Source: Rhodothermaceae bacterium (GTDB lineage: Bacteria; Bacteroidota; Rhodothermia; Rhodothermales; Bin80). Taken from it: DNA of 64,000 bases. Shown here in pieces: positions 27,503 through 36,445 of this stretch. How positions within the stretch are numbered: the stretch's first letter is position 1; every line of letters starts with the position of its first letter. The translations under genes were made by a program, and so were the position numbers. The stretch is from assembly GCA_009841335.1 (NCBI GenBank), contig VXLY01000004.1:28837-92836 (forward strand), given 5' to 3'. The notes beneath the pieces were generated by a model. It saw nothing but the letters and a program-made list of their open reading frames with translations. It was not told the origin of the DNA and did no database searches.

Positions 27503-28987
27503 TTACTTCTGTGCCAATTTCTCTATCCGGGATAATTCATCCGTATCGATAGAAAGAACCTCTATCGGGCGCTTGCGGATACCTATACCGTGCTCGATCA
27601 GCAGGTCGACAAGCTTGTCCCCGTCAATGAGTGTAATCGGTGCGGCACCTCGGGCAAATGCCGCTTCGGTAGCTCCTTTAGCAAAGCGGGAAGTCGCTAC
27701 TATGGTCCCTCGGACAGCGTTGAATCGGTACAACGAGCCACGCAGTGCATCCAAATCCTTACGCTGCACAGTGCGCCTGTGTCGCTTCGCTTGGACCACT
27801 TCGCGGACCGATGTGACACCAAGTTCTATCTCAGCAGTCACATCGACACCTCCATCACCGGACTCTCCTACGACCTTCACGTTTAGGTAATTCATCTTCT
27901 CGAGCAGGAGTCCGACAAGTATCTCGAAGGCATTAGGGTTCATCTGCAGGAGGGATTCAAGAAGATCTTCGCGAACTTTTTCCTCAAGTTTCTTGGCGAG
28001 CTTGCGGATTTGCTGTCGTTCGTCAGGCTCAGGCAACGTCCCGACACGCCCAAGGTACGCGATTCCTGCATCGGTGGCCGAATAGTTGGCGCCCTCACGA
28101 TCAATTAGTCCACGATCAAGAAGATTGTTCAGACGACGACGAAGGGCGTCACGGATGGTGGAATCGGTTCTGAGTCCAGAGTATTGCTCAAGGTACTCGG
28201 CCCACGGATCAACAAGGCCCGCAAAGCGAACGGGGCCGCTGTCTGAGATCATCATGAGAAGCTCTGAAAGTCCCTCTTGCTGGTCAAGAAAGATTTCGGT
28301 GCTTCCACCCTGATGCTCGATGAAATCACGACCTTGGTCGGTGAGGCGGAGTTTGTCATCCAAGTCTGCCTCAAGGAGCTCGTATTTCTGGACTAGAAGC
28401 CAGCTCCCATAGATGTACCTAGGATTGACAACTTTATCGCTCTTAGTCCATATGGCCATGGCGAGATCAAGTATATCACCAGAGAGCTTTTCAGGGATCC
28501 AAGTATCGGGATCTGTCCAATCGACAGGATTCTGAGGTGTACCACGAAGCTGCGCCAACGCGCTGCGGAGTCCAGTAACGTGTGTCTTAATGCAGCCGGG
28601 CCAGATTTTCAGCAACTGGCGTACCTCGCCGTACGTAGGAAACAGTGGAATGCGAACTCGCCTAGAGAGGTCAGGCACGCCGCTCTCGTCCTCACGGCGC
28701 CGATCGGGCAATACACTAAGAACCTTGACTTCAGATTCCGGTAATGCAGCATGCAAAGCACGCAATCCGTAGATGCCAGGGCCAAGTCGAATAAATTCAC
28801 TATTGCCGCCGTTACGTGTGATATCGGTAGACAAGGTATTGTTTAGCGTGTTTTCTGGCTTCTTGGCGGACGATGTCACCAGGCCTTTGCTGAGAATCTC
28901 TTCAGTCAGCTTGCGGTAGTGCATGGGACCGAATTCCCTCAGCAGTTTGATGGCTGCTTGGCTTAGAGTGTTCTTGCTCTCGTGCAT
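27503..28987 (-). CDS. Mrr-type (type IV-like) restriction endonuclease with N-terminal HARE-HTH and central winged-helix-like region
   Basis: The N-terminus LSQAAIKLLREFGPMHYRKLTEEILSKGL...FIRLGPGIYGL is HARE-HTH-like. The C-terminus AFEILVGLLLEKMNY...GESGDGGVDVTAEIE...VVQAKRHRR...TIVATSRFAKGA is an Mrr_cat PD-(D/E)xK pattern (D...QxK). I chose ATG 28985-28987 as the start; the ORF opens at TTG 29017. Confidence 0.8.
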   Translation of the reverse strand: MHESKNTLSQAAIKLLREFGPMHYRKLTEEILSKGLVTSSAKKPENTLNNTLSTDITRNGGNSEFIRLGPGIYGLRALHAALPESEVKVLSVLPDRRREDESGVPDLSRRVRIPLFPTYGEVRQLLKIWPGCIKTHVTGLRSALAQLRGTPQNPVDWTDPDTWIPEKLSGDILDLAMAIWTKSDKVVNPRYIYGSWLLVQKYELLEADLDDKLRLTDQGRDFIEHQGGSTEIFLDQQEGLSELLMMISDSGPVRFAGLVDPWAEYLEQYSGLRTDSTIRDALRRRLNNLLDRGLIDREGANYSATDAGIAYLGRVGTLPEPDERQQIRKLAKKLEEKVREDLLESLLQMNPNAFEILVGLLLEKMNYLNVKVVGESGDGGVDVTAEIELGVTSVREVVQAKRHRRTVQRKDLDALRGSLYRFNAVRGTIVATSRFAKGATEAAFARGAAPITLIDGDKLVDLLIEHGIGIRKRPIEVLSIDTDELSRIEKLAQK

Positions 28988-29324
28988 GAGCGTCTCAGTT
29001 ATTGATAGCAGGTTCAAAATAATGACTTATCAGGATCGGAGCAAAATCCCTCAGCTCGACAAAACACTTAACGTAGCTTTGTAGGATGGCCGGCCCTTCT
29101 CTATCCGAGCATTTAGGCAAAAGCGTTGCATACCGGTTTGAATTTACTTAAGTACACTCGAAATCCCCGCTAACAGCTACAGTTCGGCGTATAATCCCTA
29201 GAGTTGATATCATGGCCAGTATAGGTTTAGCAAAGTACCGGAGGATAGGGCCCGTCGAGGAAACCTGTCATGTCATGGTATCTATAAGGTCTAAGTTTTT
29301 TATAAAATCTCTAATTTCGCTCCT

Positions 29325-32012
29325 ATGAAATCAATTTTGCTCATTCTTGCAAGCTTCTTTTCAGTGAGTGTATCCTGGGCGCAATACAACCTTTCTGGAA
29401 CTGTAACGACGCGTGACACCGACGAACTGCTACCCGGAGCCTCCGTGATCATAGAAGGTTCTTCGCGTGGCACGACTACGGATATAGACGGACATTTTTT
29501 ACTCTCCGACCTTTCACCAGGTACGTACACCATTACCGCCTCTTTCGTGGGCTTCGAAGATGAATCACAGGTTGTGACTGTGCGAAGCGCAGATGTTGTG
29601 TTGAACTTTGAAATAGAAGCCACCAGTGTGGCGTTGGAGGGTATGGAAGTATTTGCTTCCAGAGCCTTGGAGCAGAGGACGCCAGTTGCCTTCACAACTC
29701 TGGGAAAGGCGCGATTGCAACGCGATCTCGGTTCGCGTGATGTCCCGCTTGTGCTCAACACCATGCCTTCGGTTTACAGTACAGTACAAGGGGGAGGAGC
29801 GGGAGACGCACGCGTAAATGTACGTGGATTTAATCAGCGTAACATAGCAATTTTAATCAACGGCGTCCCGGTAAATGATATGGAGAATGGTTGGCTTTAC
29901 TGGTCAAATTGGGATGGCCTGGAGGAAGTGACAAATTCTATCCAGCTCCAACGTGGGTTGTCAGTTGTCACAGTGGCAACGCCGTCGATTGGGGGTACAA
30001 TGAATATTCTTACCGATCCGGCACGCAATGCGCGACAAGTACTGCTCAAACAGGAGTTCGGCAACGATGGACTGCGTAAATCCACCCTCATGCTATCCTC
30101 GGGGCTCATTGATGGCAAAGTGGCTGTAACCGTTTCTGGAGTACGCAAGACCGGACAGGGATATGTAGATGGAACTTGGACAGACATGTGGTCCTACTAT
30201 GCTGCGGTTGGTTGGAATGCGAGCAGTGCGCACCGCCTCGACTTTTCGGCGGTCGGCTCCCCACAGCGCCACGGACAAAATTTTTCCCGTCAGAATATCG
30301 CTGCTTACGACCACGAGTATGCCAGTAAAGTATTTGAGCGGGATGGATTGGATGCCGCAACCATCAGCGAGATTCTGCAGGCTTATCCAGAAAGAGGGCG
30401 GCGCTGGAATCAAAATCTCGGTGCAGTTTCGGAGACTTATACAAGGGATCAGCATAATGGCTTTGGACCTGTGCAGCGCAAGAACAGCGGATATATTGAC
30501 GAATTCGAGAATTTCTTTCACAAGCCCATATTGAGCTTAAGTCATTTTGGACAACTGACAGAAAAATCTCTTCTTTCGACCATCGTGTATTATTCGGGAG
30601 GAAAGGGGGGCGGGTCAAGTCGTCATGGTGACTTGGTTGCAGATCAGAGCGGTCCCTCTCCGGTCCCCGATTACGATGCAACCATTGAGGCCAATAGAAA
30701 AAATGGACTGTCTCGCGGTATAATTCGGAACCGCCATAATGTACAATGGACGCTGGGGGCTATTTCAAAGTTGACCCATCAAGTAAACGATCATATTGAA
30801 CTGGAAGCTGGACTCGACTGGCGCAGTGCCGAAATTCAGCATTTCAGTACTGTGAGAGATCTGTTGGGGGGGCAGGGATATTTGCGATTCGACAATGATT
30901 TCTGGGGTTCGGGGGGACGTGCGCTACAGTTAGGGGAGCGGTTTGACTACGATGATATCGTGACTATAAACTGGATCGGTGGATTTTTACAGGGGCGATA
31001 TGAAACAGGACCGTTGAGCAGTTTTGCAGTAGTGGGTTATTCGAGAATCAAGTATACATTTGAAGATTTCTTTACTGATGATGGCCATGGAAGGCCATTT
31101 GCTGCTTCGCCATCACCTATCGGCGGTTATCAAGTCAAGGGAGGGGCAAACTATCGTCTGAACGAGGTCTTATCTGCTTATGCCAGTATCGGCCGCGTTT
31201 CAAAGGTTCCTGTTTTTGATGGTGTCATTGACGCCATCTCCGGCAGTATTAACCCGGATCCCCAGAATGAGTCCTTCATCGGGATCGAAGGCGGTGTGAA
31301 TTTTCGATCTTTAGACAGGAGGGTTACAGCAAAGCTGAATCTCTATCATACAACATGGAATGATCGAACCGTGACACGCAGTCTGTTGGAGCAGAGTGGC
31401 AATGATGCATTAGTCAACATAGGAGGATTGAATGCGCTGCACAGAGGAGTTGAAGGAGAGCTTGCCTGGCAACCGGTAGATTTCGTGCGTTTGGATGGGG
31501 CTTTCTCTGTGGGGGACTGGAAATACACGGATGATGTTTCTGGCACATATACCCCTGATCGTTCCAATCCAGATAGCCGAGAACGGGTGTTTCTCCCCCT
31601 CAGCGGGGTAAAGGTGGGGGATGCCCCGCAGACTCAACTCGCCTATGCCATAACGGCATTTCCCAGGTCGGGGATGCATGTTGTGCTGACTGGACGTTCC
31701 TATGCCAAACATTTTGCGGATTTTGATCCTGCCGGCTATAGCGAACGAAACAGTCCGGTTTGGGAGGCCCCCGGGTACACAGTTTTCGATCTCAAGGCGG
31801 GCTATAATTTTGATAGGGGGCGTTTTGGTGTCCGATTGTTTTTACATGTCTTCAACGTAGCGAACACATTCTATGTGCAGGATGCCGTAAATAATTCCCG
31901 TTTTCACGCTTACACCCTTAACGGAATAAATATGGGAAGGGCAGATGACGCAGAAGTATTTCTTGGTCTACCCAGAACATTCAATCTTGGTACACGTGTG
32001 ATCTTCCGATGA
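29325..32012 (+). CDS. TonB-dependent receptor with N-terminal carboxypeptidase-regulatory-like domain
   Basis: An 895-aa ORF with a signal peptide. It has a CarboxypepD_reg-like segment (LSGTVTTRDTDELLPGASVIIEGSSRGTTTDIDGHFLLSDLSPGTYTI) and a plug segment (VNVRGFNQRNIAILINGVPVND), followed by a long barrel. Confidence 0.9.
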   Translation: MKSILLILASFFSVSVSWAQYNLSGTVTTRDTDELLPGASVIIEGSSRGTTTDIDGHFLLSDLSPGTYTITASFVGFEDESQVVTVRSADVVLNFEIEATSVALEGMEVFASRALEQRTPVAFTTLGKARLQRDLGSRDVPLVLNTMPSVYSTVQGGGAGDARVNVRGFNQRNIAILINGVPVNDMENGWLYWSNWDGLEEVTNSIQLQRGLSVVTVATPSIGGTMNILTDPARNARQVLLKQEFGNDGLRKSTLMLSSGLIDGKVAVTVSGVRKTGQGYVDGTWTDMWSYYAAVGWNASSAHRLDFSAVGSPQRHGQNFSRQNIAAYDHEYASKVFERDGLDAATISEILQAYPERGRRWNQNLGAVSETYTRDQHNGFGPVQRKNSGYIDEFENFFHKPILSLSHFGQLTEKSLLSTIVYYSGGKGGGSSRHGDLVADQSGPSPVPDYDATIEANRKNGLSRGIIRNRHNVQWTLGAISKLTHQVNDHIELEAGLDWRSAEIQHFSTVRDLLGGQGYLRFDNDFWGSGGRALQLGERFDYDDIVTINWIGGFLQGRYETGPLSSFAVVGYSRIKYTFEDFFTDDGHGRPFAASPSPIGGYQVKGGANYRLNEVLSAYASIGRVSKVPVFDGVIDAISGSINPDPQNESFIGIEGGVNFRSLDRRVTAKLNLYHTTWNDRTVTRSLLEQSGNDALVNIGGLNALHRGVEGELAWQPVDFVRLDGAFSVGDWKYTDDVSGTYTPDRSNPDSRERVFLPLSGVKVGDAPQTQLAYAITAFPRSGMHVVLTGRSYAKHFADFDPAGYSERNSPVWEAPGYTVFDLKAGYNFDRGRFGVRLFLHVFNVANTFYVQDAVNNSRFHAYTLNGINMGRADDAEVFLGLPRTFNLGTRVIFR

Positions 32013-32341
32013 AAGAAACTCCCATCGTCCATTTAATATCGGGAATCTCCAATGCATATTTTGTTCCAGGAATGTCTTGACAAATCTACATCATGCACAA
32101 TCCACGGAAGCTAGTAACAGACATTGAGATTGTATATCTAAGTAACCACCTTAATAGTCGTTATATTCAGCATTGGGGCATGCTTTCAGGAACATGATGA
32201 TAAGGCAGCGTATGATTTCCGAGTGATTCATCCAGTGAATCTCGGACAAGGGCCCTGCACATGGAGATTTGAGCTGACCGTTCATGTGATTCGTGAAGTG
32301 GATGTAGCGCTACTGTACACAATTGCAAAAATATCCATTCA

Positions 32342-34012
32342 ATGGCGAAGGTCGAAGTGCAAATGCCCAAGATGGGCGAGAGCATTACCGAGGGATCGGT
32401 AATTGTCTGGCACAAGCAAGTCGGTGATCCAGTCGAGCTGGATGAGGTCCTACTGGAAATTGGAACCGACAAGGTAGATACGGATGTCCCTGCGCCAGCG
32501 GGCGGCGTAGTTACGGAAATTCTCACCCAGGAGGGTGAGACCGTTCCGGTTGGACATGTGATCGCTATAATTGCTACCGAGAGCGAAGATTCAACTGGCA
32601 CAACTCAAGGTGCTGCGGCTTCTGAAACAGCGGAAGCTCCGAAGTCACCCGGACCAGAATCGACATTGGCGTCAGCGGCAGATATATCTGTAGTTATGCC
32701 GAAGATGGGCGAAAGTATTACCGAGGGGACGGTGATTGTCTGGCATAAGCAGGTAGGAGATTCGGTTGAACTAGATGAGACCCTGTTGGAAATCGGGACC
32801 GACAAAGTAGATACGGACGTGCCGGCCCCTGCCACGGGCATTCTTCGAGAAATTCTGGTGCCCGAAGGAGAGACAGTTGATGTAGGCACTACGATCGCAT
32901 TGATCGGTGCCGAAGGGACCGTGCCCGTGCAGGATGCAGGATCAATGCCCGATACCGTAGAGGAAGCTGCTCCATTGTCGTCTGGAACGGTAGAGGAGCC
33001 TGCTCCGCCTTCTGAGATCACACCTGCGGGCGAGCCGGAACAGATTGATAGCGACCGGCATCTAGCGGACGGACGATTCCTGAGCCCACTGGTGCGCAGT
33101 ATCGCACAGGCTGAGAACATATCTAGGGATGAATTGTCCAGGATTAAGGGATCTGGACGTGATGGACGGCTCACGAAAAAAGATGTGGTAAACTATCTGG
33201 AATCCCGCAAGAGGCCTACAGGGCGAACGAGAACTCCGGTCAGTACCCCGCCTGTAAGGAAAAAGGTTTCCCACCCTGTACCTGCTGACGGGGACTCGCA
33301 GCGGGTAGAGGTTATCCAGATGGGGCGGATGCGTCAGCTTATTGCTGAGCATATGATACATTCCAAACGTACGTCAGCACACGTAACCTCATTTTCAGAG
33401 GTTGATGTGACACGACTTGTCCGCATACGAGAGGCCAATAAGCAGGCTTTTCTAGCGCGCGATGGAGTGAAGCTGACGTACACTCCCTTTCTTGTTCATG
33501 CAGCGGTTGAAGCTTTGCGTGAGTTTCCTATCTTGAACAGTTCGGTGGAGAAAAACCAGATTCTGGTCAAAAAAGATTACCATATCGGTATTGCGGTAGC
33601 GATTAAGGAATCTGGACTGATTGTTCCAGTTATCCGGCATGCTGGGCGCTTGAGTATAGCTGGACTCGCCCATGCTGCAAGCGATTTAGCGCATCGTGCA
33701 CGCTCATCTGAATTGCTTCCTGATGATTTACAGGGTGGAACTTTCACCTTGACGAATGTGGGTTCTCTGGGGTCCTTGATGGGTACGCCAATCATCCTAC
33801 AGCCGCAAGTGGCCATTCTTGCCACGGGCTCTATCAAGAAACGGCCAATTGTAGTTGAGCATCCTGAACATGGCGACACGATTGCGATTCGCCACATGAT
33901 GGTCCTGTCGTTGTCCTATGATCATCGTGTCATTGATGGCGCTATGGGGATAGCTTTCCTACGTCGGTACACGGAGGTACTTGAAAACCTTGACCCGGAG
34001 ATGGAGCTATAG
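32342..34012 (+). CDS. 2-oxoacid dehydrogenase E2 (dihydrolipoamide acyltransferase) with two lipoyl domains
   Basis: It has two lipoyl domains (EIGTDKVDTDVPAP appears twice) and an E3-binding segment (SPLVRSIAQAENISRDELSRIKGSGRDGRLTKKDV). The catalytic motif is LSLSYDHRVIDGA. Confidence 0.92.
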   Translation: MAKVEVQMPKMGESITEGSVIVWHKQVGDPVELDEVLLEIGTDKVDTDVPAPAGGVVTEILTQEGETVPVGHVIAIIATESEDSTGTTQGAAASETAEAPKSPGPESTLASAADISVVMPKMGESITEGTVIVWHKQVGDSVELDETLLEIGTDKVDTDVPAPATGILREILVPEGETVDVGTTIALIGAEGTVPVQDAGSMPDTVEEAAPLSSGTVEEPAPPSEITPAGEPEQIDSDRHLADGRFLSPLVRSIAQAENISRDELSRIKGSGRDGRLTKKDVVNYLESRKRPTGRTRTPVSTPPVRKKVSHPVPADGDSQRVEVIQMGRMRQLIAEHMIHSKRTSAHVTSFSEVDVTRLVRIREANKQAFLARDGVKLTYTPFLVHAAVEALREFPILNSSVEKNQILVKKDYHIGIAVAIKESGLIVPVIRHAGRLSIAGLAHAASDLAHRARSSELLPDDLQGGTFTLTNVGSLGSLMGTPIILQPQVAILATGSIKKRPIVVEHPEHGDTIAIRHMMVLSLSYDHRVIDGAMGIAFLRRYTEVLENLDPEMEL

Positions 34013-34048
34013 GTTTGCTTGAGGAATAATCACAGGTCCCTCTGAGGC

Positions 34049-34963
34049 ATGTCGTCTGAAAATCGTGACCGAGCCAACACTTTGACTACGGATGCGATTT
34101 CTGCGCGGGTAGAGCACTTCCTAAGCAGCCTGGCTTCTGAAAAATCTCCGGCTACACGGAAGACATACGGTAGGGCGCTCGGAGTTTTTTTGTTTTGGGT
34201 TGATGAGAAGGGCGGCAAAGTCCAACTCTCCCGGGATAGTCTGGAGGATTATCTGCTGTACTTGCGCCGAGTGCGGAAAGTCAAGGATCGAACGATCCAG
34301 ACTTATCTGACAGCGGTGCGACAGTTTTTCGCTTTTCTATCCGAAAAGGGTTTACTGCAAGAAGATCCGTCAAAGGGGCTTACGGTGAAGGTAAGTGCGT
34401 CGGCTAGGAGTCGGGGAATATTGACCTTGGGCGAGGTTGAGCGCTTGCTTCAGGTATCGGAGTCCTCGGATCCTATTGACCTGCGTGATCGGGCCATCCT
34501 GTGCTGCATGCTTATAGAGGGTCTCTCCGAGGGAGAGGTTGTGCGGTGTAACTACAAAGACTTGGAGAATACGATAATGGGCGTAGAATTGGTTGTTCGT
34601 GGTAAAGGGGGGCGCTTACGAGTTCCAATGGATTCACGAACGTACAAGAGTATTGTAGCCTACCTGACCAGCCGGGCTGAGTATATCAGACCCATCGATC
34701 CGCTCTTTGTGTCGCATGGTCCTCGCGGGCAAAACGAGCGCCTGAAAGTTCGAACAGTAAGGGCTCGCATGCGCGAGTTGCTCGATCGAGCCGGAATTAC
34801 GCGTCTGGATGTTTCCCCACAAAGCCTGACGCATACGTCCATTTATCTGTTGATCCAAAGCGGCGTCGCAAGGGCAGAATTACGGCAACGCACACGCCCG
34901 TGGAGACTCTTCCACCGCCTCAATGATCTGAAAGCTCAGGGGCTTATTGATGCCTCCTATTGA
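34049..34963 (+). CDS. Tyrosine-recombinase-fold (XerC/XerD-like) protein, apparently lacking the catalytic residues
   Basis: A 304-aa ORF with an N-terminal SAM-like core-binding region (TRKTYGRALGVFLFW, TIQTYLTAVRQFFAFL). The C-terminal domain is collinear with Xer proteins, but EGLS replaces TGLR, QSLTH replaces HxLRH, and no Tyr sits at the nucleophile position. Confidence 0.7.
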   Translation: MSSENRDRANTLTTDAISARVEHFLSSLASEKSPATRKTYGRALGVFLFWVDEKGGKVQLSRDSLEDYLLYLRRVRKVKDRTIQTYLTAVRQFFAFLSEKGLLQEDPSKGLTVKVSASARSRGILTLGEVERLLQVSESSDPIDLRDRAILCCMLIEGLSEGEVVRCNYKDLENTIMGVELVVRGKGGRLRVPMDSRTYKSIVAYLTSRAEYIRPIDPLFVSHGPRGQNERLKVRTVRARMRELLDRAGITRLDVSPQSLTHTSIYLLIQSGVARAELRQRTRPWRLFHRLNDLKAQGLIDASY

Positions 34964-35930
34964 ACCTTCTGGCCAAGGTGAATTGATGCAGTCCGGCAAA
35001 TGACCAGGAGCTGAAGGCATAGTCAACCTGAAAGCCCCGTACACGGAGTCCGAATCCGACAGCCGTTCCTGCAAGATCTAGTCGGCGCTCAGATTTAAGG
35101 TTGCGTTTGCGGTGGCTGTAGCCCAGGCGAAGATGAAACGCGGGTATGGCCTCGAACTGGAGGCTGAAGATCGCATGACGAAATCCGTCATCCACGGCTG
35201 TGATCTGGTGAGCATTCTGCAGATTGTGGAGCGTGAGGCCGAACAGGACTGGAATGTATCTGAGTCGTTTGGACACGACTATACGAATATCCATTGGAAG
35301 TTCATCACGCGTAGGGCCAAGGCTCGAAAGGACTATTCCCGTGTTCGTTACTGCCGCTGAGGCGACAAATCCCTGGTCGGGGATATGGTAGGCAGCACCC
35401 ACATCTACGGCCGCAGCTATTGCATTGAATTGTCCTACGGAAGTATAGATCAGATGTATACTCCCGCCATAACGTAGTCCGGATTGCCAAGATCGTGACA
35501 GACCAGCGGAGAGTGCCAGATTACTTGATGTGAACGTGCCATTGCGCTCACCGTATATATCTGCCTTTGCGATGCTACCCCAGTGGAAAAAACGTACTCC
35601 TACTGCGCCTGTACCGATTGGGCCAAGGTTTTGAGCATAGGTAAGTGCGCCAGCCTGGAGGTCGCTTAGGTGGTTCAGCCAGGATACCGAAAGATTTCCG
35701 TCGAGATCCTCGCCCAGAAGCGCCGGATTGTAGAACAGGACATTCCCCTGGTTTGAGGTGGTGCTCAGTGATGTACCTCCTAGGGCGGCTGCTTGGGCAG
35801 AAGGTTCAAGCCGAAGAAAATCAAAGCTTGAGAGTGTCTGGCCGTGTACGGTGTTTATCCCACATAAAATCGTAAGTGCGGTTAGCCAGAAAATATTCGT
35901 GCGAACAACCACACTAGAGGGGTTAGCCAT
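34944..35930 (-). CDS. PorV/PorQ-family type IX secretion outer-membrane beta-barrel
   Basis: It has a signal-like N-terminus followed by SFDFLRLEPSAQAAALGGTS (a family hallmark) and an alternating beta-strand pattern to the C-terminal F-rich end. I placed the start at ATG 35928-35930. Its 3' end overlaps the convergent Xer-like gene by 20 nt. Confidence 0.75.
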   Translation of the reverse strand: MANPSSVVVRTNIFWLTALTILCGINTVHGQTLSSFDFLRLEPSAQAAALGGTSLSTTSNQGNVLFYNPALLGEDLDGNLSVSWLNHLSDLQAGALTYAQNLGPIGTGAVGVRFFHWGSIAKADIYGERNGTFTSSNLALSAGLSRSWQSGLRYGGSIHLIYTSVGQFNAIAAAVDVGAAYHIPDQGFVASAAVTNTGIVLSSLGPTRDELPMDIRIVVSKRLRYIPVLFGLTLHNLQNAHQITAVDDGFRHAIFSLQFEAIPAFHLRLGYSHRKRNLKSERRLDLAGTAVGFGLRVRGFQVDYAFSSWSFAGLHQFTLARRFNRRHQ

Positions 35931-36445
35931 GAAGTTCAGCTCCACATTCTTGGGGGGTTGAACTGCGCCAGGGGCAGACACAAGCAAAATCCGTTTTGCA
36001 AATTGACTGGCCATATGACCAAACTATTGAGTGCTCCGGCGGAGTGAGGGAGGATAAACTGAGTAACTGGATTTGTTCCAAACAAAACGACAAGAAGGCT
36101 AAGTGCTTTCAATTAGGATTACGAAGTATCAGCGAGCTTCAGAATTCAGCAGTTCCAGATTCCATGAAGTCGATATACACATTTGTTGGCGTACATACGC
36201 GCCCATGGCAGATCATAATGTGTTTCACAGACAGAATGACATTCAAGCACGCATTGGAATGATGTTTGCTGAGTGACTCCAAAGGATAGCTCACAGGGCA
36301 CTGAATTTTACCGTAAAGGGAACGGATTCGGTGTATAAGCGTGTTAGCAGTCCGCCGCTCGAGTGGAATGCATCTCGTGAATCTCCTCCGCAATTCGTTA
36401 GTGCAGGAAGCGCCTCAAAACTAGCTGAGCTAGTGCCGTAGCAAT

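Noticed and set aside
29018-29324. Possible riboswitch (cobalamin or other) or att site in the 337-nt region upstream of the TonB-dependent receptor (29018-29324 as read from the ORF-track end; the gap to the chosen Mrr start at 28987 is 28988-29324).
   Set aside because: I found no B12-box-like core or other riboswitch hallmark. I also found no repeat matching the other island border (20331-20400).
32363-32910. Internal direct repeat of about 210 nt, with copies starting at 32363 and 32696 (333 nt apart).
   Set aside because: It is fully explained by the two tandem lipoyl domains of the E2 protein (MPKMGESITEG...EIGTDKVDTDVPAP appears twice). This is a common architecture.
32605-33174. 189-aa minus-strand ORF, plus 32167-32601 (144 aa).
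   Set aside because: They are antisense to the E2 acyltransferase gene (lipoyl and linker regions). The composition is low-complexity Ser/Pro/Thr-rich, with no independent support.
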